Below are positions 9,233 through 18,832 of a stretch of DNA of 64,000 nucleotides, one piece after another; position 1 is the first letter of the stretch, and every line of letters begins with the position of its first letter. A program made the translations under genes and the position numbers. Source of the stretch: Gemmatimonadota bacterium. GTDB lineage: Bacteria; Gemmatimonadota; Gemmatimonadetes; Palauibacterales; Palauibacteraceae. The notes under the pieces are model-generated. The model did no database searches, was not told the DNA's origin, and was given only the letters and a program-made list of their open reading frames with translations. Where the stretch lies: contig OY762926.1 of NCBI GenBank assembly GCA_963666735.1, forward strand, positions 480,001-544,000. The letters are read 5' to 3'.

Positions 9233-9775
9233 ATGACCACAGCGGCGGAGCCGGAACGGCGGTTGACCGACTGGTCCGGACGTTACGGCCGGGAATTGCA
9301 GCGTCATGTGGCCGCGATGCTGGGAAACGCGGAAGAGGCGCGCGATATCGTGCAGGACCTGTGGGTGACGGCGCTTCGCAGGCGGCCGGAGGCGGGCGAG
9401 GCCGCGAATATCCGCGCGTGGCTGTACCGGGTCGCGACCCGCCGGGCGCTCGACCGCATCTCGATGCGCCGCCGACGCTCGGAGTTGCTCGCGGCCCACT
9501 CCGGGGAACTGGAATCCGGCTCTCTTCCGGCGGTCGACGCGGCGTTGAACCGGCTCTCCGAAGCCGCCGCGGCGCGGGTCCGGGAGGGCGTGGCCGGACT
9601 CCCGCCCGCACAGCGGAACGCCGTCTGGCTCCGCTGGATCGAAGAGTTGGACTATGCGACGGTCGCCCGCCGGCTGGGCTCCTCTCCCGACGCCGCGAGA
9701 GCCAATGTCTACCAGGGGATGAAGAAGCTGCGCCGCGATCTCGCCGACGTGTGGCGCGAGGAGGGGCCGATATGA
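9233..9775 (+). CDS. ECF (sigma70 group 4) RNA polymerase sigma factor (start could be GTG 9188 or 9218)
   Basis: Region 2 EEARDIVQDLW...RAWLYRVATRRALD; region 4 LPPAQRNAVWLRWIEELDYATVARRLG. Confidence 0.9.
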   Translation: MTTAAEPERRLTDWSGRYGRELQRHVAAMLGNAEEARDIVQDLWVTALRRRPEAGEAANIRAWLYRVATRRALDRISMRRRRSELLAAHSGELESGSLPAVDAALNRLSEAAAARVREGVAGLPPAQRNAVWLRWIEELDYATVARRLGSSPDAARANVYQGMKKLRRDLADVWREEGPI

Positions 9776-10494
9776 CTCGAGACTGCGCGATCTGTCAGGA
9801 GGAAGACCTGCTCGCCTGGATCCTGGGCGACCCGGATCCCGTCGCCGCTCAGGCGCTGACCGAGCACATGGCGGTGTGCTCCGCCTGTCGGGAGCGGGCG
9901 GCGGAATACCGGATCCTGCATCGTTCGGCGAAGGGCATCCGGGGCGGTCCGGTCGTCCGCTGGCGCCGCTTCGACTCGCCGTTCGGCGCCATGCGCATCG
10001 CCGCGAGCGGCGCGGGCCTGGTCGCGCTCTCGTGGCGGGACGAGAGCGACGATGCGTTCGTCGCCGGCCTCGAGCGCCGGTATCCGTCGACACCCGTGGT
10101 GTGCGATACCGACCGGCTCGCTTCCGCGGAAGAGCAACTGACCGAGTATTTCGGCCGCCGCCGCCCGCGCTTCGACCTGTTCGTCGACCTCGAGGCACTG
10201 GGCGACTTCCAGCGCGCCGTGCTGGGCGCCGCCTCCGGACTCGATTTCGGCGAGACGGTGACGTACACGGAGATCGCCCGGCGAATCGGCCGCCCGAAGG
10301 CCTCGCGCGCGGTGGGCAACGCGCTCGGGCGGAACCCGGTGCCGATCATCGTGCCGTGCCACCGGGTGGTCCGGACCGACCGGACGCTGGGCGGATACAC
10401 GGGCGGACTCCGTTACAAACGCGCGCTCCTCGACATCGAGGGCCGGACCGATCTTCTCCGCTCCCATGGCCAGACGGGGATGCCGCTCGGCTGA
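9772..10494 (+). CDS. ogt: Fusion of N-terminal zinc anti-sigma (zf-HC2/ZAS) domain and methylated-DNA-protein-cysteine methyltransferase
   Basis: ATGA overlap with the sigma stop; C5/C8...H32-x3-C36-x2-C39; C-terminal TYTEIARRIG, RAVGNALGRNP, active site PCHRV, GGY. Confidence 0.9.
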   Translation: MTRDCAICQEEDLLAWILGDPDPVAAQALTEHMAVCSACRERAAEYRILHRSAKGIRGGPVVRWRRFDSPFGAMRIAASGAGLVALSWRDESDDAFVAGLERRYPSTPVVCDTDRLASAEEQLTEYFGRRRPRFDLFVDLEALGDFQRAVLGAASGLDFGETVTYTEIARRIGRPKASRAVGNALGRNPVPIIVPCHRVVRTDRTLGGYTGGLRYKRALLDIEGRTDLLRSHGQTGMPLG

Positions 10495-10537
10495 CCGGAA
10501 CATCCAGTGGCCGCCGCGCGGTACGGCCCGGGCCTTT

Positions 10538-12247
10538 CTAGCCGGACTCCTCGACGAGCTGAATCAGGCGGCGCAGGCCGAGACCTTCGGGACCGCCCAC
10601 GCGGACCCGGAGCGTCCGGCGTTCGCATCGGCCGAGAGCCTCGACATCCCCCAGCCCCTGGGCCCGGATCAGTCGGCGGAAGGTGAAGTCCGTCTCGGGG
10701 ACGTGCACGTGCTCGCCGGCATCGTCGACGAGTTGCAGGAAGACGCCGTTGTCCGCCCCCCCCTTGTGCAGTTGTCCGGTCGAATGCAGGAAGCGCGGGC
10801 CATAGCCCAGCGTGGTCGTCGCCCCCGTGGCTCCGGCGAGGGCCGCGCGCAGCGTCCCGAGCAGCCCTTCCTCCTCCTCGCCACCCCCGAGGAACGCCTG
10901 TACGGCGATGTAGTCCGTCGGGGCGACCGCGGCCAGGAAACCCTCCAGCCGCTCGCGGATTCCGTCCACGTCCGGAGGCACGGGCGTACGGGGCGGGGCG
11001 TGTCCGAACCGCGGCAACTCCCAGACGAGGTCGATCTCATCGGCCTCCGGCGCGCCTTCGCCCGCCATCGCCCGGCGCGCGAGACGCTTTGCAAGCTGGA
11101 CGTCCGGCTGGTTGAAGGGGTGGATGCCGAGGGCGGCTCCGGCCATCGCCACGCCCACCTCCCAGACGAAGAAGAGAGAGCCGAGTTCCTCGGGCTGTTC
11201 GAGTCGGATGCGCAGCGTAGGGTGACCGGCCGCCTCGAGCGCGTCGAGGAGGTCCGGCGTGTCGTCGGCGTCTCCCCACTGCTCCGCTTCGCGAGCCGCG
11301 TCCCCGCCGAGGAGGAGGCCGGCGAAGACCCGGTCCTCGCCGTATTCGTCCGGCGCTCGCGGGGGCTCGGCGACGACCGGGACGATGCTCCGACCGTCCT
11401 TGCCGGTGCTCTCGGCCAGGAGTTGCTCCGCCCAGTCCGGGAAGGCGTCCCAGTCGGAGGCCGCGACGAAGGTGACCTTGTCCCGCCCCGCGAGCGCGAG
11501 TTCCGCCAGAGCCGCCCCGAGGAGGAAACCCGGGTTGTGGTGGGCTTCGTCCTTGCAGGCGTCCGCGGCCTCGGCCGCCTCTGCGAGAAGGGCCGGGACA
11601 TCGGCGCCCCCGAGCGCCGCCGGCACCAGACCGAAGGGGCTCAGCGCCGAGAAGCGGCCTCCCACCTCGGACGGCGCCTCGAACACGGCACGGAATCCTC
11701 GCTCGCGGGCGAGTTCGGCGACGGGAGATCCGGGGTCCGTGATCGCGATGAAGTGCGCCCCGGGGTCCTCCACGACTTCCGCGGTCCGCGACCAGAAATG
11801 GCGGAAGAGCGAGAGCGTCTCGATGGTCGTACCCGACTTGCTGGAGACCACGAAGATCGTGTTCGCGGGACGCAGCCACTCGAGGTCGCGGAGCGCTCCC
11901 GGGTGCGTGGTGTCCACGAGCGTGAGCGGCAGTCCCTCTCCCGCCATCGTGCGCGCGATGACCTCGGGCGCGAGGCTGGAGCCTCCCATGCCGAGCAGCA
12001 CGAGATCGGTGAACCAGAAGGGCACGCCGGCGCGCAACGCCTCGAGCGGGCCGAGCGCGGCGGGAGACGTCTCCGGGAGGTCGAGCCATCCGAGCCGGTC
12101 GGCCAGTTCCGGCGTGTCCGGATCCGCGCTCCACAGCGTCGGATCCCGTCGCCAGAGCCGCGCCACGGCGTCCTCGGCGGCCCATTCCCCGAGCCGGCGC
12201 TCCACGCCCTCCAGGTGGGGGCCGGCGGAGAGTTCGATCTCGATCAT
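10538..12247 (-). CDS. pgi: Glucose-6-phosphate isomerase (resembles the Pgi half of Tal-Pgi fusions)
   Basis: GMGGSSL, SSKSGTTIET, GGRFSALS, QLLAESTGKDG, PFNQPDV, GPRFLHSTGQLHKGG. Confidence 0.88.
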   Translation of the reverse strand: MIEIELSAGPHLEGVERRLGEWAAEDAVARLWRRDPTLWSADPDTPELADRLGWLDLPETSPAALGPLEALRAGVPFWFTDLVLLGMGGSSLAPEVIARTMAGEGLPLTLVDTTHPGALRDLEWLRPANTIFVVSSKSGTTIETLSLFRHFWSRTAEVVEDPGAHFIAITDPGSPVAELARERGFRAVFEAPSEVGGRFSALSPFGLVPAALGGADVPALLAEAAEAADACKDEAHHNPGFLLGAALAELALAGRDKVTFVAASDWDAFPDWAEQLLAESTGKDGRSIVPVVAEPPRAPDEYGEDRVFAGLLLGGDAAREAEQWGDADDTPDLLDALEAAGHPTLRIRLEQPEELGSLFFVWEVGVAMAGAALGIHPFNQPDVQLAKRLARRAMAGEGAPEADEIDLVWELPRFGHAPPRTPVPPDVDGIRERLEGFLAAVAPTDYIAVQAFLGGGEEEEGLLGTLRAALAGATGATTTLGYGPRFLHSTGQLHKGGADNGVFLQLVDDAGEHVHVPETDFTFRRLIRAQGLGDVEALGRCERRTLRVRVGGPEGLGLRRLIQLVEESG

Positions 12248-12269
12248 CGTCTCAAGCGTCTCATGCGGT

Positions 12270-13937
12270 TCAGAAGAGCCCGGCCACGCTCCCGTCCTCG
12301 ACGATCCGGATCCCCTCCGCGGCGGGCACGCGCGGGAGTCCCGGCATCGTCATGACGGTGCCGGCCCGGGCCACGACAAAGCCCGCCCCCGCCGAGGGGC
12401 GCACGTCCTGAACCGTGATGCGGAAGCCGGTCGGCCGTCCGAGACGCGCCGGATCGTCGCTCAGGCTGTTCGGCGTCTTCGCGAGGCAGACGGGGGTATT
12501 CCCGAGCCCCGCCGCCTCGAGTTGCCGGATGTCCTTCGTGGCGCGCGCCGTGTAGTCGACCCCGTCCGCGCCGTACACCTTGCGGGCGATGGCCTCGATC
12601 TTGTCCCGGATCGAAGCCTCCGCATCGTATTTGGGCTTGAAGGCGGCCCCTCCTTCGTCGAGCGCCGCCAGGACCGCGCGGGCCAGGTCCTCGCAACCGG
12701 CGCCGCCCTGCGCGTGGCCGTCGGAGCGGGCCCAGGGCACGCCCAGTTCCTCGCACGCCTCCGCCACGGCCTCGATCTCTTCGTCGGAGTCCGTGCCGAA
12801 CACGTTGATCGCCACCACCGGCTCGATGCCGAAGCCCCGGATGTTTTCGACGTGCGCGCCGAGGTTCGCGAGTCCTCCTCGGACGGCGTCGGGATCCGGC
12901 GTCGAGAGCGCCGTGCGGTCGCCTCCGCCGTGCAGCTTGAGGGCGCGGATCGTGGCCACGAGCACGGTGGCCTCCGGGTTCAGGCCTCCGATGCGGCACT
13001 TGATGTCGAAGAACTTCTCGGCCCCGAGGTCCGAGCCGAACCCGGCCTCCGTGATCACGACGTCGCCGAAGGCCAACCCGGCCCGCGTCGCCATGAGCGA
13101 ATTGCAGCCGTGGGCGATGTTCGCGAAGGGGCCCCCGTGCACGAAAGCCGGCGTCCCCTCGAGCGTCTGAACGAGGTTCGGCCCGATCGCCTCACGCAGG
13201 AGGAGGGTCATGGCCCCCGCCACCTTCAGTTCGCGCGCCCGCACCGGCTCCCCGCCGTAGTCGTAGCCCACGATGATGCTGCTCAGCCTCTCCTCGAGGT
13301 CCTCGAGGCTGGCGGCGAGGCAGAAGATGGCCATCACCTCGGAAGCGGCCGTGATCATGAAGCCGTCCTCGCGCGGCACCCCGTTGATCCGGCCCCCGAG
13401 CCCGACGACGATGTTCCGCAGTGCCCGGTCGTTCATGTCCACGGCGCGCCGCCAGGTGATCTGGCGCGGGTCGATCCCGAGGCCGTTCCCCTGCTGCAGG
13501 TGGTTGTCCAGCGCCGCCGAGAGGAGCGCGTGCGCCGAGGTGATCGCGTGCAGGTCCCCCGTGAAGTGCAGGTTGATGTCCGCCATCGGGATCACCTGCG
13601 AGTATCCTCCGCCGGCGGCGCCGCCCTTGACCCCGAACACCGGGCCGAGACTCGGCTCGCGAATGCAGAGCACCGAGTTCGCTCCCACGCGGCGCAGGCC
13701 ATCGGCGAGGCCCACGGAGACGGTCGTCTTGCCCTCGCCCGCAGCCGTCGGAGTGATGCCCGTGACGAGGACGAGGCGGCCCGATCCGGGCTCGCGCCCG
13801 AAGATGGACTCCGGGCTGACCTTGGCCTTGTAGTGGCCATAGGGCACGAGTTCCTCGATGCCCAGCCCGATCTTCTCGCCGATCTCCCTTATGGGCCGGG
13901 GCGTCGCGGCCTCGGCGATCTGTACGTCCGTGAGCAT
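12270..13937 (-). CDS. fhs: Formate--tetrahydrofolate ligase
   Basis: TPTAAGEGKTT, KGGAAGGGYSQV, HGGPFANIAHGCNS, TEAGFGSDLGAEKF, TMPGLP. Confidence 0.96.
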   Translation of the reverse strand: MLTDVQIAEAATPRPIREIGEKIGLGIEELVPYGHYKAKVSPESIFGREPGSGRLVLVTGITPTAAGEGKTTVSVGLADGLRRVGANSVLCIREPSLGPVFGVKGGAAGGGYSQVIPMADINLHFTGDLHAITSAHALLSAALDNHLQQGNGLGIDPRQITWRRAVDMNDRALRNIVVGLGGRINGVPREDGFMITAASEVMAIFCLAASLEDLEERLSSIIVGYDYGGEPVRARELKVAGAMTLLLREAIGPNLVQTLEGTPAFVHGGPFANIAHGCNSLMATRAGLAFGDVVITEAGFGSDLGAEKFFDIKCRIGGLNPEATVLVATIRALKLHGGGDRTALSTPDPDAVRGGLANLGAHVENIRGFGIEPVVAINVFGTDSDEEIEAVAEACEELGVPWARSDGHAQGGAGCEDLARAVLAALDEGGAAFKPKYDAEASIRDKIEAIARKVYGADGVDYTARATKDIRQLEAAGLGNTPVCLAKTPNSLSDDPARLGRPTGFRITVQDVRPSAGAGFVVARAGTVMTMPGLPRVPAAEGIRIVEDGSVAGLF

Positions 13938-14078
13938 GCGTATCATCCCGATGAGGTGGCCGAGCGCCGTCCCCCCGGGGGAATCCCGGGGGCGCGTACG
14001 ACGTTTTCCGAGCGGAGACTCTACCGCGCGCGCCGCTCCGGGAAAACCGTACCGCGGATTGTGGCTGCCGCGAAGCCG

Positions 14079-15773
14079 TCAGCCCGCGGCCGCGCCGGGC
14101 GCCCGCGGCTCCCGCCTGCGGAGTGCGAGGCCGACCAGGAGAACGGCGACGGTCCCGACGACGTTGTACCACAGCCACGCGATCTCCGTGAACCGCGACA
14201 CGGCGAGCACCGCGAGCATCGAAAAGATGAGCCCGTAGAAGGCGCCCGCGGCCGTCGCCCGCTTCACGAGAAAGGCGAGGAGGAAGACGCCCAGCAGCGC
14301 GCCGTAGAAGATCGAACCCACTTCATTGACCGCTTCCACGAGCGACCCCAGTTGGCCCGCGTAGAGGGCGAAGAGAACGGCGAAGCCGCCCCAGCCCAGC
14401 GTGGCGATCCGGGAGACGAGCAGATAGTGGGCGTCCGTCCCCTCCGGTTTCACGTGCCTCCGGTAGAAGTCGATCACGGTGGCGCTTGACAGGGCCGTGA
14501 GTTCGGAGTCCAGCGAGGACATCGCGGCTGCGAAGATGACGGCGATCAGCAGTCCGAGGATACCCGCGGGCACATAGGAAATGAGATAGGACGGGAAGAC
14601 ATAGTTCACATCGTTCGACGATGACCCGCGCACCTCGGCAACGAGCGACTTCGACGCCTCCCTCAACCGCTCAAGTTCGTCATCGTACTCGGCGATCCGG
14701 CCCTTCAGCACCGCGGGAGCTCCACCGAACCGGCGAGCCTCCAGCAGCGCAAGGGTGCTCTCGCGGCGCAATTCGTGCGCTCGTTCCTGCTCGGCCTCCA
14801 GCGCCGCGAAGTCGCCTGCGCGGGGACTCTCCCGGACCATGGCCGCCTCGGCCGAATTGAAGACGAGGGGCGGGCGCTCGAAGTGATAGAAAACGTAGAG
14901 GAGAACACCGATGGCGAGGATGAAGATCTGCATCGGGACTTTGACGAAGGCGTTGAAGATGAGGGAGAGGCGGCTCTGGCGGAGCGAACTCGCCGTGAGA
15001 TAACGCTGGACCTGGCTCTGGTCGGTCCCGAAGTAGCCCAGAGCGAGAAAGAGACCTCCGATGAGTCCGGACCAGAGGGTATAGCGATTCGTCGGGTCCC
15101 AGGAGAGGTCGATGCTGCGCCACATCTCATGGATTCCACCGATATACGCCACGTCGCCGACGCCCACTCCCTCCGGCAGCGTCGCGAACAGCACCGCGAT
15201 GGCGATCCCGATGCCGGCGAACATGACGATCATCTGCAGCACGTCCGTCCAGATGACGGCCGTGATGCCCCCCATGATCGTGTAGGCCACGGTGATCATT
15301 CCCATGACGAGAATCGTCACGCGCTCGTCCCAGCCCATGATGACGGAGAGCACGATGGCCGGGGCGTAGAGGACGATCCCCGCCGAGAGGCCGCGGGAGA
15401 CGAGAAAGAGGAAACTCGTCAGCGACCGGGTTCTGGAGTCGAAGCGGCGTTCCAGATACTCGTAGGCGGTGAAAACCTTCGAGCGATAGAAGAAGGGGAT
15501 GAACACGACGCAGAGGATGACCATGGCGATCGGCTGGCCCAGGTAGAACTGGACGAACTCCATGCCGTCGTCGAAGGCCTGTCCGGTGGTGCCGATATAG
15601 GTGATCGCGCTCGCCTGCGTCGCCATGACGGAAAGGCCGATGGCGCCCCAGCCCAGCCGGCGGTTGGCGAGAAAGAAGCCCTCGACGCCGCGGTTCCCGC
15701 GGCTCTGGCGCCAGGCGAAGGCGACGACGGCGCCGAAATAGACGGCGAAGACGAGCCAGTCGAGGCCGCTCAC
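14079..15773 (-). CDS. Sodium:solute symporter family protein
   Basis: Many TM segments; YEYLERRFD, AVIWTDVLQ, DQSQVQRYL, AAAMSSLDS. Confidence 0.92.
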   Translation of the reverse strand: MSGLDWLVFAVYFGAVVAFAWRQSRGNRGVEGFFLANRRLGWGAIGLSVMATQASAITYIGTTGQAFDDGMEFVQFYLGQPIAMVILCVVFIPFFYRSKVFTAYEYLERRFDSRTRSLTSFLFLVSRGLSAGIVLYAPAIVLSVIMGWDERVTILVMGMITVAYTIMGGITAVIWTDVLQMIVMFAGIGIAIAVLFATLPEGVGVGDVAYIGGIHEMWRSIDLSWDPTNRYTLWSGLIGGLFLALGYFGTDQSQVQRYLTASSLRQSRLSLIFNAFVKVPMQIFILAIGVLLYVFYHFERPPLVFNSAEAAMVRESPRAGDFAALEAEQERAHELRRESTLALLEARRFGGAPAVLKGRIAEYDDELERLREASKSLVAEVRGSSSNDVNYVFPSYLISYVPAGILGLLIAVIFAAAMSSLDSELTALSSATVIDFYRRHVKPEGTDAHYLLVSRIATLGWGGFAVLFALYAGQLGSLVEAVNEVGSIFYGALLGVFLLAFLVKRATAAGAFYGLIFSMLAVLAVSRFTEIAWLWYNVVGTVAVLLVGLALRRREPRAPGAAAG

Positions 15774-15916
15774 GGCACTCCGAAGTCGAGCAGGCGCGTG
15801 GCGAGATAGAGGAGGAAGATGAGTCCCACCGTATACACGATCACCGACACATAGAGCGCGCGCCAGCTACGGAAGGGCCCGATCCGGTCCTCCGTCTCGT
15901 CCCGGTGTTGCGTCAC
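15770..15916 (-). CDS. Small single-TM membrane protein (48 aa) between the PIG-L gene and the symporter
   Basis: GTG overlaps the upstream stop and its stop overlaps the symporter start; SWRALYVSVIVYTVGLIFLLYLATR. Confidence 0.7.
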   Translation of the reverse strand: MTQHRDETEDRIGPFRSWRALYVSVIVYTVGLIFLLYLATRLLDFGVP

Positions 15917-18603
15917 GGGGCGGTGATCTCGCGCCAGCGGCCGCCGTCGAGAGAGAGCAGGTTCGCCCACAGACGAAAGGCGCCGGGCACGCCCGCGCGC
16001 AGTTGCCGGAAGAAGGAGAGCGAGGTGTGGATGTAGAGTCCGCGACCCACCGGGGCTGCGAGCAGGCTGCCGCGGCGCGGCGGCTCCCCCGTATCGGCCA
16101 TCTCCAGCGGCGCCCGGTATCGCTCGTCCCACTCATCGGGGAAGTAGAGGCCGCGCTCCTGAACCCAGCCTTCGAAATCGGCCGGGCCTAACCGGTTGGG
16201 CTCCGCCAGTACGGGCGCCTGCGGGTCGACGAGCGTGACGGGGGCGTCCTCCTCCGTGACGCGGGGCGCGGGGCGGCCGATGGCGATCGGGTACGGTGCG
16301 TAGGCCCCCTCGTTGAACTCGTAGCGGTTGTACTGGACGACGACCGTACCTCCGCGCTCCGCCCACGCGAGCAGTTCCGCGTTTGCCGCAATGAGGTCCT
16401 CGCGCACCTCGTAGGCCCGGATCCCGAGCACGATCGTGTCGAATCGGTCGAGCCTCTCCGCGTCCCAGTCTCCCGGTTCGATGAGTTCGACATCGAGTCC
16501 GAGCTGCCGAATGGCTTCGGGTCCGTCGTCACCGGAACCCATCACGTAGCCGATGCGCCTGTCCGCGACTCGCACGGGGAAACGGACGATCCGCACCGCC
16601 GCATCGTCCGCCATGAGGTGCGACTCGATGTGCGGATAGTCGATGATCGTCGCGCGCGTGGCGGGGACTGCGGCCCCGGCGATCCGGATCCACGGCCGTA
16701 CGTAGAACTCCCCCTCCGCTTCTCCCGCCGGGGGCTCGACCGTGAAGCCGATCGTCCGAACCGCTCCCTCTCCCGCGAGTTCGAACGCCGTCGTCTCGGG
16801 CGTCGCGCGCCAACCGGGCGGCAGGTCGAGCCCGATCTCTCCGTCCGTCGCGTCTCGGGCGAAACTCGAAATGCGGAAGGCGATGACACGCCCATCAGAG
16901 CGGCCGGCCGGCCAGATCATCGCAGGCGCCGCCGCCGCGACGGATATGCGCGGCGCCACGTGCAGGGGTCGCCAGCTCTCTCCCGTCGCGCCATCGACGG
17001 CCCGATAGCGCACTGGATCCCCGACCTCGATGTCGAGCCGCGCGCCCGCCGCCGACACCACCGCGGCCACGCGTCCGTGAAGGGCGGGAGGACGGAACGG
17101 GAGCGCGCGAAGCTCGGGCGCATCGGGCCATTGGTACACATCGCCGTCGCGAGGGAGTTCCAGGAACCAGGGGGAGGTAGGCGGCGCGTCCACGGGCACT
17201 GTGACGGCATAACGCCACAGCGCGAGTTCGCCCGGCGCGATGTGCGCCCGGGCCGACGGGTGGAAGACCGTGTCCTCCTGACGGAAAAAGCGGGCGAACG
17301 ACCCCGGATCGTCGGGCTCCATCTCGACGTCCGGCCCGATGCCCTCCACCGCCCACCCCGGAGGGGTCTCAATGGTCGGCGGATCGAGTTCGAGCGTGGC
17401 GGCGGCGCCGCTCCAGACGCGCGCCTCGACGAGTACGGTCTGTCCGGGCACCAGGACATCGTCCCGCGCCCGCAGTTCGACGCGCACTCCGGCCACCGCG
17501 AGGATGGCCCGCGCGAGCAGGCGCGCGCGACGGTCGAGTTCGCGTCGCAGTTCGCTCTCCGGCCCGATGAGTGCGGCGGCGCGGAGCCGCTCCAATGACC
17601 GCGACGCCTCGCCGAGGAAGGGCAGGGCGGTCTCCGGCCTCGTCGCGTTCAGCGCGCCGCCGGCGCGCCCGATGGCTTCGCGGTAGGCGCGAACGTCCTC
17701 CCGTGCGGTCTCTCCGAGGTCGGTGGCCAGACTTGCCAGGGTCGTGTCGATCCCCGCAAACAGCGGTTCCGTCGAAGAGCCGCCCACTCGCGAGGACACG
17801 AGCGAAAGGCGCGTGACGCGCGGGCCGGGCGGCAGCGCGGTGCCGAAGTCCTGCGAGCGGTGCTGGCTGCGGCTGTCCATCGCGACTTGGTGGTGCGTGA
17901 GGCCGAGCAGAGGGTCGAGGGCGCCCGTCTCGATGTCGATCGCGGTGGCGCCCGGCTCGAAGAGAGGGCGGCGGTACAGTTTCGGCGGCGCCCAGGGTTC
18001 CGTCCCCGCCGCCACCTGCTCCGGAAAGCGGGTCGGGTCGCCCGCGGCGTCGAAGGCCTCGTGCGTGAGAAGGCCGGATACCTGGTGGTGTCCGTGGCCG
18101 TCCCCGTCCGTTCCGCTCCACATCGTGATGAGCACGTGGGGACGGAAGCGCCGGATGGTCCACACCAGGTCGGACAGGACGCGCTCGCGCGGCCACTTCG
18201 CGAAGGTTTCCTCCGCCGTCTTCGAGTAGCCGAAGTCGAAGGCGCGGCCGAAAAACTGCTGCGCGCCGTCGATCGTACGAGCGGCCAGCAGTTCGCCCGA
18301 GCGGATGATGCCGAGTCCCTCTCCGAGTTCCGTGCCGATGAGGTTCTGGCCTCCCTCGCCTCGCGTGAACGAGAAATAGGCCGCTTCCGCCCCCCGTCCG
18401 CGCGCGAGCGTGGTCAGCAGAGCGGTATCTTCGTCATCCGGGTGCGCCGCCACGACGAGCACCCTCTTCACTCCATCGAGCTGCCGGAGGATGAGTCCCG
18501 CCTCGATCGCGCCGGGAAGGCGCGACCCCTGTGCGTGTACGAGCGCCGGGAGCAGGCTCCACGCCGCGATGGCGATCAGGGTGGACGTCAATCGAGGTTG
18601 CAT
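15913..18603 (-). CDS. Secreted multidomain PIG-L/LmbE family deacetylase
   Basis: Signal peptide; AHPDDED, TRGEGGQN, DFGYSK, HGHH; Ig-like middle region; C-terminal IGYVMGSGD...WVQERGLYF domain. Confidence 0.9.
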   Translation of the reverse strand: MQPRLTSTLIAIAAWSLLPALVHAQGSRLPGAIEAGLILRQLDGVKRVLVVAAHPDDEDTALLTTLARGRGAEAAYFSFTRGEGGQNLIGTELGEGLGIIRSGELLAARTIDGAQQFFGRAFDFGYSKTAEETFAKWPRERVLSDLVWTIRRFRPHVLITMWSGTDGDGHGHHQVSGLLTHEAFDAAGDPTRFPEQVAAGTEPWAPPKLYRRPLFEPGATAIDIETGALDPLLGLTHHQVAMDSRSQHRSQDFGTALPPGPRVTRLSLVSSRVGGSSTEPLFAGIDTTLASLATDLGETAREDVRAYREAIGRAGGALNATRPETALPFLGEASRSLERLRAAALIGPESELRRELDRRARLLARAILAVAGVRVELRARDDVLVPGQTVLVEARVWSGAAATLELDPPTIETPPGWAVEGIGPDVEMEPDDPGSFARFFRQEDTVFHPSARAHIAPGELALWRYAVTVPVDAPPTSPWFLELPRDGDVYQWPDAPELRALPFRPPALHGRVAAVVSAAGARLDIEVGDPVRYRAVDGATGESWRPLHVAPRISVAAAAPAMIWPAGRSDGRVIAFRISSFARDATDGEIGLDLPPGWRATPETTAFELAGEGAVRTIGFTVEPPAGEAEGEFYVRPWIRIAGAAVPATRATIIDYPHIESHLMADDAAVRIVRFPVRVADRRIGYVMGSGDDGPEAIRQLGLDVELIEPGDWDAERLDRFDTIVLGIRAYEVREDLIAANAELLAWAERGGTVVVQYNRYEFNEGAYAPYPIAIGRPAPRVTEEDAPVTLVDPQAPVLAEPNRLGPADFEGWVQERGLYFPDEWDERYRAPLEMADTGEPPRRGSLLAAPVGRGLYIHTSLSFFRQLRAGVPGAFRLWANLLSLDGGRWREITAP

Positions 18604-18730
18604 GGGCGGGAAGCTACGTCCGCGCGGGGGCCCCAGAAAGCGAGACGTGCGCAACGCGTGGCTCGGTCGCGCACACATGCTCCCCGCCTCCCTTCGGGAC
18701 AGGGTCCTACATCTATTACCTGCCCTACAG

Positions 18731-18759
18731 TTGACTCGCGGCGCATGGAGTTGGATAAT
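18731..18759 (+). promoter_or_regulatory. Sigma70-type promoter for the 18833 gene
   Basis: TTGACT-17 nt-GATAAT in an AT-richer intergenic region. Confidence 0.65.
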
Positions 18760-18832
18760 GGTTCATTCCACATCGCAAGAACGCGCCCTCGGCATCTATC
18801 GTCGAGCGCACAGGCCCGCACGAGGAGGCACA

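Noticed and set aside
8914..9771. 526-aa ORF implying a long N-terminal extension on the Ogt fusion
   Set aside because: Upstream part overlaps the ECF gene in another frame and is low-complexity; ATG 9772 has a GAGGAGG-like SD and ATGA coupling
11259..14489. 1076-aa + strand ORF, and similar long ORFs at 43958-46579, 59227-62337, 21593-23842 and 33010-35190
   Set aside because: Antisense or off-frame shadows of well-supported genes; expected in high-GC DNA; no recognisable motifs
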